Shown here: in pieces, positions 52,706 to 63,231 of the stretch | Numbering within the stretch: the stretch's first letter is position 1 | Layout: each line of letters begins with the position of its first letter | DNA from: Alphaproteobacteria bacterium | GTDB taxonomy: Bacteria; Pseudomonadota; Alphaproteobacteria; UBA828 | DNA: 64,000 bases | Assembly: GCA_965214705.1 (NCBI GenBank) | Contig: CBDCCI010000002.1 | Span: 2,432,001 to 2,496,000, forward strand | Direction: 5' to 3' | The notes under the pieces: model-generated | Database searches by the model: none | The model's input: only the letters and a program-made list of their open reading frames with translations | Told to the model about the DNA's origin: nothing | Position numbers and translations under genes: made by a program

Positions 52706-52707
52706 AG

Positions 52708-55440
52708 TCAGGAACTCATGGGCGGAGAGGTCGCGACGCCTGCGCCGATGCGGCGCGAGGGCTCAAGGAGCCTGTCGGTCAGCGCCCTCACGGGCTTGCG
52801 GAGAGAGCGGGGCAGGCGGGACTGAGGCCAGCCCCGATCGGCGGCCTCTGGCAGTTCCGGCTCGAACGGGATCAAGAAATCGGGCGCAATCGCGAGACCC
52901 GCGCTACGCAGCGCGCGTGCGCCTCCGCCACGCTTGAAGGCGCGTGTATGGTTCTGAACGAACAGCAGCGGCGGGTCCGCACCCAGCAGGCTCATGGTGT
53001 GGCCGAGGGGGGCGACGTTTGCTGCGGTCGGCTCTGCGACAAAGACGCGCGCGTCCAACTCGGATGAGGAAGAGAAGCGAAACGCCGGCTCATCCAGGCC
53101 ATCGACCAGGACGAGCTGCGAGCGATCCCGCAGCACGGCAAGCAACGATTCCAAGGCCTCCCGCGAGGGGACTGCGGGGAGGGTCGGGTTCCAACGATGG
53201 GCATAGACATGAATCCTGTCGGAGCGCTGGGTACAGACACCCTCCACCATCTCTGGATCGGGCGTGCCTCTTCCTGCGGCTTCGAGGAGCTGGTCGAGAC
53301 CGGCAGCCGGTTCTACGCCAAGGGTGAGCGCCGCCGCCGCGACGGAGCGGTCTAGATCGAGCACCGAGACGTAGCAGCCGCGCTCAGCCGCCTGCAGCGC
53401 CGCCGCTGCCAGCACTGTCGTGGTCCCGCTGCCGCCGCAGCCGACGAACCCGGCCACGCAGCCTCCTGAGCGGCGGGTCGCCGCATCCGGGCCGGCACGG
53501 TGCGCGGCGGCACGCACCGCTTCCGCCGTCAGCGGCTTGGCCAGGTAGTCGCTGACGCCCGCAAGCAGCAGTTCTCGGCCGGGCCGCGCTGTGTTGTCGG
53601 AGCCCAGGGCAATCACGACGGTGCCCACCTCGCAGACCGCCGCAAGCTCGTGGATGGCGCCGGCCGGATACGCGATGCGGTCGATGTCCACGAAGATGAG
53701 TGGAGCCGAATGTCCTTCCTTCAACGCGCCAATGGCCGCGCCGAGCCCGCCTTGCCACACTTGCGGATCGCCGTAGCCGGGCGAGAAACCCTCGTAACCC
53801 AACAAGCCGTCGCGGAGCGCTGCCTCGGTGTCCGGGTCGGCTGCGAAGGCGAGCGCACGAGAGGGCCCGGGGGGGACGGTCTCGAACGGAATGTCGTGCA
53901 GTTCGGCGGCGTTCTCAGTGTCAGGCACATCGGAACGCGCGACGCTCTTGTCGGGCGGGCCGCCGTCGAAGGCGGTCTCAGCAATGGGTATCTCAAGGCT
54001 GTCGTCAATCTCTATGGGATGCTCGTCGCCTGCCCCGCTGCCGGATGCGGGAGAGGACGGGCCGAGGTCGTCGGACGAGACGGACGGCTCGTCGACGATG
54101 CTGCGGAGCAGCCCTTCGTTCAGAGGGCCTTCGGCCGGTGCGGCCGGCGCTTTGGCCCGGTCGAGTGCCGCGGAAGCCGTTCCGCTGCCGCCATCAGCGC
54201 GCTCAACGTCGGATTCGGGGACGGGCGGGACTGTCTCTTCGGGCAAAGGTGCCGTCTCGGCTGTACGATCCGCACGTGGAGCCCCGTCCACGGCCGGCGC
54301 TGCGGCCGCATCCGGGCGGGGCGCGGCATCATGCGCTGTGATGTCGTCGAACTTGGAATCGTCCGAATCGTCCCGGTCGGACGAGACCGCCGGTGCGTTC
54401 GCAAGCTGCCGGAGGTATCCGTCGTCAATGTCGGCGGCCGCGCCGCCGCTGAGATCCGGCAAGGCGATGACGGTCGGTTCGGGGTCTTCGTAGGGCGGAC
54501 GCTTGCCATCGGCGGAACCCTCGAAGCCACGAGGAGCAGCCGGTTCAGGCGATTCGGCCCCGAGGACGGATGACGCATCGCCGAATGGTGCGCCGAAGTC
54601 GGGCACGGACGCTTCGACCCAAGTGGACGGGTCGGACAGCGCGTCGGCGATTCGGTCGAGAGAGGACGTTTCGCGGTCGGGATCGTTCTCGTGGAGTTCC
54701 GCGGTAAAAGCACCTGTGCCGCTGTCCGAATCCGCGTCTTGAGGGTAGGGAGCTGCCCCGGCACCCGACTCGTCCCCGGCGTCGCGATCGACCGCATCGC
54801 CGTGTGTCGCACGCGCGGACTCTGCGTGTGTCGCGGACTGCCCGGAGAGGTCTGAAGAGGCGCCGGCCATTCCTGGGGAGAGGACGCCATCCGAGTCGGC
54901 TTGGTCTCCGGCGTGCGTCGCGTCGGCGGAAGCGGTTAGTAGGATGGTGTCCGCGAGGTCAGAGTCTTCGCGCGATCTGCCGCCTTTGGCCCCGCGAGTG
55001 GAGAGCGTCTCGGAGGTGACGGAGGGAGCGTCGGCGGTCCCATCCGGCGGCGCGGAGCTGAGTTGGAAGGCGCTCACACCGGTTGAAGAAGCCGGCGAAC
55101 CAAGCGCCACTGTATCGTGAGTGTCCGGCTCCCTGCCCGGCATGGGTGGAATGTCGATGGCAGATTCGGTGATTGGGGCGAGCGGGCAGGAGGGAGCCAT
55201 GCCGGCGCGCGAACCGTCGAGGGAGGCCGAAGCCTCGGAGTCGGCCTTCGAGCTCGCGGATGCAGCCGAGAAGTCCGCGGAATCTTGATCGTCGGCGGAC
55301 GCACGCATTGGGTTCTCGGGTAGCGCTCCGTTGCCGTGCGGGTCGGCCTCCTCGTGACGGGCGCGGGCAGACGGGTCCATCGAGTCTGGCTTCAACGCCA
55401 GCGGACGCGCAGCTGTCGACCGGGAGGAGTGAAAGGCCAT
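52708..55440 (-). CDS. cpaE: CpaE/TadZ-like protein with ~520-aa acidic low-complexity N-terminal extension
   Basis: C-terminal LIFVDID...GVSDYLAKP, GCGGSGTTT, LDLD, LIPFEP; directly upstream of tadA. Confidence 0.8.
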   Translation of the reverse strand: MAFHSSRSTAARPLALKPDSMDPSARARHEEADPHGNGALPENPMRASADDQDSADFSAASASSKADSEASASLDGSRAGMAPSCPLAPITESAIDIPPMPGREPDTHDTVALGSPASSTGVSAFQLSSAPPDGTADAPSVTSETLSTRGAKGGRSREDSDLADTILLTASADATHAGDQADSDGVLSPGMAGASSDLSGQSATHAESARATHGDAVDRDAGDESGAGAAPYPQDADSDSGTGAFTAELHENDPDRETSSLDRIADALSDPSTWVEASVPDFGAPFGDASSVLGAESPEPAAPRGFEGSADGKRPPYEDPEPTVIALPDLSGGAAADIDDGYLRQLANAPAVSSDRDDSDDSKFDDITAHDAAPRPDAAAAPAVDGAPRADRTAETAPLPEETVPPVPESDVERADGGSGTASAALDRAKAPAAPAEGPLNEGLLRSIVDEPSVSSDDLGPSSPASGSGAGDEHPIEIDDSLEIPIAETAFDGGPPDKSVARSDVPDTENAAELHDIPFETVPPGPSRALAFAADPDTEAALRDGLLGYEGFSPGYGDPQVWQGGLGAAIGALKEGHSAPLIFVDIDRIAYPAGAIHELAAVCEVGTVVIALGSDNTARPGRELLLAGVSDYLAKPLTAEAVRAAAHRAGPDAATRRSGGCVAGFVGCGGSGTTTVLAAAALQAAERGCYVSVLDLDRSVAAAALTLGVEPAAGLDQLLEAAGRGTPDPEMVEGVCTQRSDRIHVYAHRWNPTLPAVPSREALESLLAVLRDRSQLVLVDGLDEPAFRFSSSSELDARVFVAEPTAANVAPLGHTMSLLGADPPLLFVQNHTRAFKRGGGARALRSAGLAIAPDFLIPFEPELPEAADRGWPQSRLPRSLRKPVRALTDRLLEPSRRIGAGVATSPPMSS

Positions 55441-55682
55441 GGCCGTGCGTCCGGGTGAAATGTCTTGATCAGCTCAGTACAAGGAGCCCAGGGGGGAGGC
55501 GTGTAGGCCCCCCTCCTGGGAAAGTGTTAGGGATGGGAAACTACGGAAATGTGTGTGCAAAACTCTATTCAGTGTCGTCATCGTTAATTCTGCCTCAAAT
55601 TCCGTTGCAAACGAGGGACTCAGAAAGCGTATGTTCCAGTCGTTTCACACTTGAATGGCGGCAATTATCTGGTCGAATCCAC

Positions 55683-55889
55683 CTATTCTTCGATTACTAC
55701 GTCTGGCGTTTCGATGGCCGCAACATTTGTGCCCAACTGAACAATCGGTTCGTTGATGTCGTCCGAAAACGCGATCAGAACACCCCCGATGCCGGCCAGG
55801 ATGAAGCCCAGGAGAATCGAGTGCTCCAGGGCCGATACGCCCCTTCCGGTTCGCAGAAACAGACCGCAGCGCTTCAGCCATGCTCTCAT
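55683..55889 (-). CDS. flp: Flp-family pilin 2 (variant motif G/VSALEH)
   Basis: 68 aa, basic leader, G-x4-E, hydrophobic helix. Confidence 0.8.
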   Translation of the reverse strand: MRAWLKRCGLFLRTGRGVSALEHSILLGFILAGIGGVLIAFSDDINEPIVQLGTNVAAIETPDVVIEE

Positions 55890-55923
55890 GTCGATGCCCG
55901 GATCGATCGAGGAGGAGTCCCGG

Positions 55924-55969
55924 ATGCGCCGTTGGGGGCGGCGTAGCGGATGCCGCCCCCAGGCCGCAT
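55924..55969 (-). promoter_or_regulatory. Stem-loop between flp1 and flp2 (mRNA stabiliser/attenuator candidate)
   Basis: TGGGGGCGGC/GCCGCCCCCA stem with outer ATGCG/CGCAT; no U tract. Confidence 0.5.
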
Positions 55970-56007
55970 GACAGCAGTCAGCCGATTAGCTCAGAGGCCA
56001 TGAAACA

Positions 56008-56232
56008 CTATTGCCCTGCCGCCAGATTGCCTTGGCTGACGGTACCCGTGCCTTGTGTCACCTTGGTTCCGACCGCTTCGATCGCGTCTTCGACGTCCCC
56101 GGTGAAGACGGCGAGCGCCCCTCCGACTCCGGCGACGACGACGCCGACGATGATGGCGTATTCGAGAGCCGATACGGCCTCCTGGGCACGGACGAAGCGG
56201 CCGAGAAAACGCAGCATGGTCTTCAACTTCAT
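56008..56232 (-). CDS. flp: Flp-family pilin 1 (A/VSALEY)
   Basis: MKLKTMLRFLGRFVRAQEAVSALEYAIIVGVVV; GGAGG RBS. Confidence 0.9.
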   Translation of the reverse strand: MKLKTMLRFLGRFVRAQEAVSALEYAIIVGVVVAGVGGALAVFTGDVEDAIEAVGTKVTQGTGTVSQGNLAAGQ

Positions 56233-56443
56233 GAGATCCTCCACTAAACGGTTGCCGGCGAGCCGCACCGGCGCGGTGATGAGGACCGGGAGAGTTTTCC
56301 GATGCTCCCAGTCCGAAGCTGAGGACGCGGAATTGAGGTACGTCCGCCGTCCTGTGTTCCTTGCAGGTGCACGCGATGTGCCGCAGCCGGGGATGGCCGA
56401 GACATCGCGTGCCTTAACCGCGTCGTCTGAAGTTTCGTCATCG

Positions 56444-57286
56444 TCACGCGACCTCCGGCACCGCTGTAGGCGCGGCTGCGACGGGCGAATCGAGGGATGC
56501 CCATCGGGCAGGTGCGCCGTCCTCGGAGGCTTTGGATTCGACGGGGCTCGGCTCCGTCGACTCTTCGGAGTCCTGCGCTGGTGCGTACACCGGCTGCGCC
56601 GGCGCCTGTTCCGTGTTGCGCGCCGGCAGTGCGTGGAGACGGTAGATGTTGCCCGTGACGAACCGGCTTGTAAGCATTCCCTGGCGAAGCAGCTTGGCGC
56701 AGACCTCGACGACGACGACCACATCGTTGGGCGCGAGGACAATGCTGCGCTCTTCGCCTTGGCCCAGCAGGGAACGGCGCCAGCCTTGCTGGCTGCGGAG
56801 CTCGCACTCTTGGGCGAGGGCCGCCGTTTCCTCTGCGTCGCCGATCCGGATCGAGTCGTCTTCCCAGAGCGCCACAGCCGCCGCATCGTCACCGGGCGGC
56901 TGCTGGACCGCGGAAATTCTATAGACCAGCTCGGCGGGCGCGCTGAACTCCCTCTCGTGAAGATCGCGACCCAGCGCGGCCATCTGGTCGCCGTCTGGAG
57001 CCGTCTCGACCGATACGTAGTCCGCCATCGTGGTTGCGATGCGGGCGCCGGCGGTGCGGGCCGCCACGAGGGAATAAACGTCGAGGGCGACCGCGGCGAT
57101 GGCCAGCAACACGACCGCGCCGATCGCGAGCTCGATTCCGGCCGAGGCTCGGCCGTCGCGCGCGAACCGCGATAGAGAGGCCGGAAGTGTCCCGGCGGAG
57201 GTTGGCCCGCTGTTGCGGCTGAAGCGGCGCGCGCGCGATGGCCGAGACATCGTATACGGGGATCGCGACTTCCGAAGTCTCGTCAT
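56444..57286 (-). CDS. TadE/TadF-like pseudopilin
   Basis: FARDGRASAGIELAIGAVVLL, TMADYVS, VVVVEVC; acidic tail. Confidence 0.8.
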   Translation of the reverse strand: MTRLRKSRSPYTMSRPSRARRFSRNSGPTSAGTLPASLSRFARDGRASAGIELAIGAVVLLAIAAVALDVYSLVAARTAGARIATTMADYVSVETAPDGDQMAALGRDLHEREFSAPAELVYRISAVQQPPGDDAAAVALWEDDSIRIGDAEETAALAQECELRSQQGWRRSLLGQGEERSIVLAPNDVVVVVEVCAKLLRQGMLTSRFVTGNIYRLHALPARNTEQAPAQPVYAPAQDSEESTEPSPVESKASEDGAPARWASLDSPVAAAPTAVPEVA

Positions 57287-57288
57287 CG

Positions 57289-58101
57289 TTACGCGACTTC
57301 CGTCAACGCTTGAGGCGCGGAGCCGAGGGGTGCTGCGCGGGATGCCCATCGTGCACTTGCGCCGTCGCGGGAGGCTGAGGGTTCGCTCGGTTGCTCCTCT
57401 GTGGATTCCTCGGACTCCGATTCCCCGTCTGTCGACTCCTCGGACTCCGATTCGTCATCTGCCGCTTGCGCGGGAACCTGGATTGCCGGTTCGCGACGGG
57501 CGACTCCTGTGGCCATCCCCGCGCCGGAGCCCCCCAGCAACTCCGCGGCGTGTGCCCAGGGCAGCTGGCTCCAACCGAGTTCGACCAGAACCATGTCGCC
57601 GGTTTCGCCACCGGAATTGACACCGGTGGCAAGCGCCGTCGGCGTCAGGCCCGTCGTGATGGTGACGGTCCAGGCTGCGGCGCAGTCGAAGTCGGCCTCG
57701 AGGTCGAGCTCCTGCCTGATGGCTGCGCACGCAATGCCGGCAAGCGCGGCCTGGCTCGCCGAAGTGTCTGTTTCCAGAGCAACGGCGCGGGCAGCGGCGC
57801 GGGCGGCACGACCCATGCGGTCGTCGGTGTATGCGGCGTGCACGATCGCCATGAGGCCGCCGAACAAGACGACGAGCACGGCGATCGCCATCGCCGACTC
57901 GACTGCCACTCCACCGCGCTCGACACGCAAGAACGTGGCTATCAGAGGCCGCACTGGCAGCCGGCATGGCACTTGGCCGCAACCGGGGTACAGCGTCGGA
58001 AGGGCCCGAGCCTGCGGCTCGAAACCCGAAACTTCTGGGGCGACCTCCAGCCCCTTTGGGGCGTCGCGCAGCCCGATTCCGGTGAATGTACTGGCTAACA
58101 T
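57289..58101 (-). CDS. tadE: TadE-like pseudopilin (start uncertain)
   Basis: FLRVERGGVAVESAMAIAVLVVL...AARAAARAVA, GDMVLVEL. Confidence 0.8.
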   Translation of the reverse strand: MLASTFTGIGLRDAPKGLEVAPEVSGFEPQARALPTLYPGCGQVPCRLPVRPLIATFLRVERGGVAVESAMAIAVLVVLFGGLMAIVHAAYTDDRMGRAARAAARAVALETDTSASQAALAGIACAAIRQELDLEADFDCAAAWTVTITTGLTPTALATGVNSGGETGDMVLVELGWSQLPWAHAAELLGGSGAGMATGVARREPAIQVPAQAADDESESEESTDGESESEESTEEQPSEPSASRDGASARWASRAAPLGSAPQALTEVA

Positions 58102-58292
58102 TCTCAACCGGTGCTACTCTAATTGTTGCGAATGGCCGGCAACTAATGACCAAGCCCGATTCCTAAAACAAGGGATTATTTCTCAATGATGACACCAAAA
58201 TCGCTGAATAATGAAGGAATTGGAACGAACCATTGCGCGAATATGATCAGTGGAGCATTCGGCAATTGTTTCTATAAAGGAAAGATAGAAAC

Positions 58293-58928
58293 GTGAGCGA
58301 CCTGCCATCCCTCAACGCATTGCGCGCCTTCGACGCCGTGGCGCGCTTGCACTCGGTCACCGCGGCAGCCGCAGAACTCTCCGTCACGCCCAGCGCGATC
58401 AGCCGTCAGATCAGCAACCTGGAGGAGGAGATTGGCATTGCCCTTTTGACACGTAATGGCCGCGGTGTGCGCCTCACGGACGACGGAAAGCGATTGGAGG
58501 GAGGTCTGGCCGGCGCCTTCGACCAGATCGCCGACGCCGTCAGCGGGCTACGTCGACCGGCGTCTGTCAAGCCGCTCCGTATCGTCGTTCCGCCGATGCT
58601 CGCGTCAGTCTGGCTAATTCCCCGACTCGACCGGTTCACTGTGCAACACCCCGGGACCGACATCATTCTCGTCGACAGCGAAGAGCAGGCGGAGATCGCG
58701 GCCCGCTCCGACTGCGCGATCGGCTGGGGACGCTTCCAGGACAGTGCCACGATGGTCGCCGAGCGCATGACTCCCTCGGAGCAGGTGTTCCCCGTGTGCC
58801 GGCCGGATGTGTGCGAAGCTGTCGGGCTCAAAGGCGTAACGCTCCTGGAGCTCGAAACGACTGCATACGCGCAAGACTGGCCGGACTGGTTCGCATTCAT
58901 GACGGCAATCGGCCTGGACCTTTCCTAG
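58293..58928 (+). pseudogene. GcvA-like LysR regulator, C-terminally truncated, divergent from the tad operon
   Basis: LPSLNALRAFDAVAR; stops at 211 aa after DWPDWF, lacking the A..G.GVAL segment seen in its paralogs. Confidence 0.8.
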
Positions 58929-59541
58929 CCACGTCCCTCGTTTAGCATCTCGACACACACATCGCCAAGTTGAGGCATGTGCGCTGCGGGGATTATCGAG
59001 CGTGCAACATTGATCTGAAGCGTTCGGATACCTTCGCGTTGAAGACACCCGGAGGTGGGGGCTACGGGCCATGTTGAAATGCCGTGTGGCGCGTCCCGAG
59101 GGCTTCCGACGCGGCGCGCAGCGCCGGAGATACTCGTCCGCGAACTCCGCCACCCATGCTGAGAAACCGAAGAATAAGGGGTCAAGCGAATCATCGCTTC
59201 TTCTGTGACCGGTTCCAAGAACCAGTTTGTGAGTCCGGTTCAAGCGGCATTATCGGTCGCGCCGACGCGTTCGCGGTTTTCACCGACCTCTGCGGCGCGC
59301 TTCAAGCGACCCTGTCTGCGCATTATTAGCGATTCGGAGCAGCAACCTCTTCATCCACAAATCACAATCTAGACATGACTTTGTGAATATAACGTGTCCT
59401 GTTGAAAACAATTTGTGCTTTTATCGTGCCTCCGCTGCCAGAGAGCGTTACTCTATTACCCTGCGCGCCCGGCTTCGGCCGGCGCTCCTGCACCGTCGCC
59501 CATGCGCGCCGGCGTCTGTCCCATTCCGCACGGATACGCCA

Positions 59542-61894
59542 ATGAACGGTCCCGAAGAGAGAGACCGTGAACTCCAAGCGCTCAGGGATCGCATCTCTGC
59601 GCTCAGCGCGGCCACCCTGCGGATCAGCGCGAGCCTCGACCTCGCCACAGTACTGCAAGAGGTCGTCGACAGTGCGCGCGCGCTCACTGGTGCGCGCTAC
59701 GGCGTCATCGCGACCGTCGACGACACGGGTGAGGTGCAAGATTTCGTCTCTTCCAGCTTCTCACCGGAGGAGCACGACCAACTCGCCGAGTGGGCCGACG
59801 GACCACGCCTCTTCGAGCACTTGCGGAACCTGCCCGGACCGTTGCAAGTCGGAGACCTGCACCATTACGTGCGCTCCCTCGGCTTTTCCCCGGACCTGAT
59901 GGTCTCAAGCACCTTGCAGGGCGTGCCGATGCACCACCGCGGTGTGCAGGTCGGCAACTTCTTCCTTGCCGGGAAGGGGGGCGGCGTAGAGTTCACCAGT
60001 GAGGACGAGGAGGTCTTGGTCCTGTTCGCTTCGCAGGCGGCGACTGCCATCGCGAACGCCCGCGCCCACCGCAAAGAGCAACGCGCCCGGGCCGACCTGG
60101 AGGCCCTCATCGACACCTCGCCGGTGGGTGTCGTGGTTTTCGACGCCCAAACCGGAAAGCCAGTGTCCTCCAACCGGGAGGCCAATCGAATCATCGAGCC
60201 CCTTCGCATCCCGGGCCGCCCCGCAGAAGAGCTGCTCGAGGTGCTGAGCTTCCGGTTTGCCCACGGGCGCGAGGTCGCGCTTGACCGCTTCTCGCTTGCG
60301 CAGGAGCTGAAGAACTCGGGGGTGGTGCGCGCGGAGGAAGTCGTGGTCTCGGTGCCCGACGGGCGGAACGTATCGATGCTGGTCAACGGAACGCCGATTC
60401 ATGCCGATGATGGAACGGTGGCGTCGGTGGTCGTCACCATGCAGGACCTTGCGCCGCTCAAGGAGCTTGAGCGGCTGCGCGCGGAGTTCCTGGGCATGGT
60501 AAGCCACGAGCTGCGCGCGCCGCTCACCTCCATCAAGGGCTCGACGGCCGCGGTGCTGGGCGCCGAGCCCGCCCTGCCGCGCGCCGAGCTAATGCAGTTC
60601 TTCCGCATCATCGACGATCAGGCCGACCACATGCAGGGCCTCATCGGCAACCTCCTCGATGCGGGGCGCATCGAGGCGGGGACGCTGTCCGTGGATCCAG
60701 AGCCCTCCGATATCGCCGCGCTTGTGGACCGGGCGAGGAACACCTTTCTGAGCGGCGGCGCCAGACACACGGTCATGATTGACCTGCCGCCCGACCTTCC
60801 GCGAGTGATGGCGGACCGCGAGCGCGTCGTGCAGGTGCTGAACAACCTGCTATCCAACGCGGCCCATCACTCTCCGGAAACCTCCCCCATTCGCGTGGAG
60901 GCGGCGCGCGAAGGGGTGCACGTGGCGGTCGCGGTCTCGGACCAGGGCCAGGGAGTGCCCCCTGAAATGCTGGCGAAGCTCTTTCGCAAGCATGTGGCGC
61001 TTGCCGGCGGCGACGGAGAGGGCGGAATCGGGGCGACAGGGCTCGGGCTTGCAATCTGCAAGGGGCTGGTGGAGGCGCACGGGGGCCGCATCCGCGCCGA
61101 GAGCGCAGGCCTGGGCCAGGGCACAAGGTTTACCTTCACGCTTCCGCTCTGCGACGACGGCGTCGGCGAGGCCCGATCCGGTCAAGCTCGCGCGCGCACC
61201 GCTGGCGTCTTTGGGCAGAAGCCGCGCATCCTCGTCGTCGACGACGACCCGAAGACCCTGCGCTACGTGCGCGACGCGCTTTCCCGGGCGGGCTACGCCA
61301 CGCTGGTCACGGGCGAGCCGGAGGAGCTGGCGAACCTGATTCGCACGGAGAGGCCCAGGCTCGTACTCCTGGATCTCCTGTTGCCGGGCACCGACGGCAT
61401 CGAACTGATGGCGCAGGTCCCGGAGCTCTCCGACCTGCCGGTGATCTTCATCTCGGGTTACGGCCGCGACGAGACGATCGCGCGGGCCTTTGAAAGCGGT
61501 GCCGCCGACTACATTGTCAAACCCTTCTCGCCGACGGAGCTGGTGGCGCGGGTCGGGGCAGCACTGCGAAGCCGTGCCGGCGCCGACCCCTTCGTTCTGG
61601 GAGCACTCGCCATCGACTACGAGCGGCGCAGAGTGACGGTGGAAGGGCGCGTGGTGGCGCTTACCGTTACCGAATACGAGCTGTTGCGCATCCTCTCGGT
61701 CAACGCCGGACAGGTGGTGACCTCCGACTCCCTGCTTCGCCAGGTATGGGGCGCGCGCGCCCGGAGACACCGAGCCCGTGCGCGCCTTTGTCAAGAAGCT
61801 CAGGGCGAAGCTCGGCGACAGCGCGGCGAGCCCCACGTACGTCTTCAACGAGCGGGGCGTCGGCTACCGCATGCCGAAACCCGGGGAGGACTGA
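59542..61894 (+). CDS. Soluble hybrid regulator GAF-PAS-HisKA-HATPase-REC-wHTH (paralog 3), frameshift near 61755
   Basis: Same motifs; wHTH end (VRAFVKKLRAKLG...NERGVGYRMPKPGED*) lies in another frame after a (GC)5 run. Confidence 0.85.
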
Positions 61895-62009
61895 GTACCT
61901 TCCCCTAGCGCCCGATCCCGCGACGGGGGGCCGACTTGGAGCACGCAAGGACGGGGGAGAAGCGATTCGGTCTTGAGGCCGACTCGCGCCACGCGCCGGT
62001 CTGGCGCGC

Positions 62010-62942
62010 TCACGCGCGGGACGCCTCATTCGTCAGGGTGCCGAGGGCGTCGAGACACCGGCGGGCGGCCCGCCGTTGGCGTCCACGTCTGGTGAGCCGG
62101 GCGAAGCAGCTCCGGTTGGGTTCGACGAAGCCGTCCACGACCGTGACCAGCGTCCCAGCGTTGAGGTAGCGATCGATGAAGTGACGCCAGCCGAGCGCCA
62201 GGCCCTGCCCGGCGACGGCCGCTTCGAGCAGGTAGATGTAGTCGTCGATGCCGATGTACCGGGGCAGCGGCGCCGGATATCCGGCCGCCTCGAACCAGTC
62301 ATGCCAAGTCGCCCAGCCTCGCGGGGACCGGGCGAGTCTAAGAAACGGCAACGAGCTCCAATCCGCGACGGGTCGGGCCAAGACGTGCGCGTGGGTTGCG
62401 GCGAAGCCGGGCGAACAAACCGGCGTGACGGCCTCCTCGAAAACCGTCACCCAATCCGCGGGCGCGCGGTCAGTTTCATCGAAGACGATCACCAGATCGG
62501 CCTCATCGTCGCCCAGCCGGTCGAGCATGTCGGGGTCGAGCGTGAGGACGCGCAGGCAGGCGTCCTCGCCGATCGCCTGGCTCAGGTCTTGGAAGCGCGG
62601 CATCACAAACTGGTACGAGGTTCCAGGGCCGCAGGCGACGACCACCCGCTGGTCCTCCGAGACGCTCGAAGCCGTACGCGCACCCGCGGCGATGCGCGCC
62701 AGACCGACGGCGACGGCGCGATGGAAGACTTCTCCCGCCGGAGTGAGGCTTACGGCGCGGTGGCTGCGTTCGAACAGTCGGACGCCGATCTCGTGCTCCA
62801 GCTCCGCGATGTAGCGGCTGACGGAAGGCTGGTGGGTCCCCAGCTCCTCGGCGGCACGGTTGAAGCTCGAATGTCGTGCGGCGGCGTCGAACGCACGCAG
62901 GGCGTGCATCCGCGGGAGCGGTCCATCGGGATTTTTTAGCAT
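62010..62942 (-). CDS. LysR-family regulator, GcvA-like
   Basis: LPRMHALRAFDAAARHSSFNRAAEEL; AAVAGQGLALGW. Confidence 0.92.
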   Translation of the reverse strand: MLKNPDGPLPRMHALRAFDAAARHSSFNRAAEELGTHQPSVSRYIAELEHEIGVRLFERSHRAVSLTPAGEVFHRAVAVGLARIAAGARTASSVSEDQRVVVACGPGTSYQFVMPRFQDLSQAIGEDACLRVLTLDPDMLDRLGDDEADLVIVFDETDRAPADWVTVFEEAVTPVCSPGFAATHAHVLARPVADWSSLPFLRLARSPRGWATWHDWFEAAGYPAPLPRYIGIDDYIYLLEAAVAGQGLALGWRHFIDRYLNAGTLVTVVDGFVEPNRSCFARLTRRGRQRRAARRCLDALGTLTNEASRA

Positions 62943-63231
62943 AACAGAACCGGTATCGATTCGCCGAAAACTTTGTATTTCACAAAGGCGGTGCGCTTCC
63001 GTCTACTCGCACGCATCCCGGCTAGGATCAAGGGGTTGGCGGAGTGCCGGAGCGGATCGAGCATCGGGAACGACACCCGCTGGCGCGGCGCAACCGACAC
63101 AGTTTCGTGGGTCACTAATGGCCGGTGGGAGATCGCTGTCGCCTTTGGCAAACCTGAACGAATCCGCGCCGCAGCGAGGTGCAAGCTGATGGGCTGCGCC
63201 TGCGCCGTCACGAGCCGCGGATGAGCCAAGA

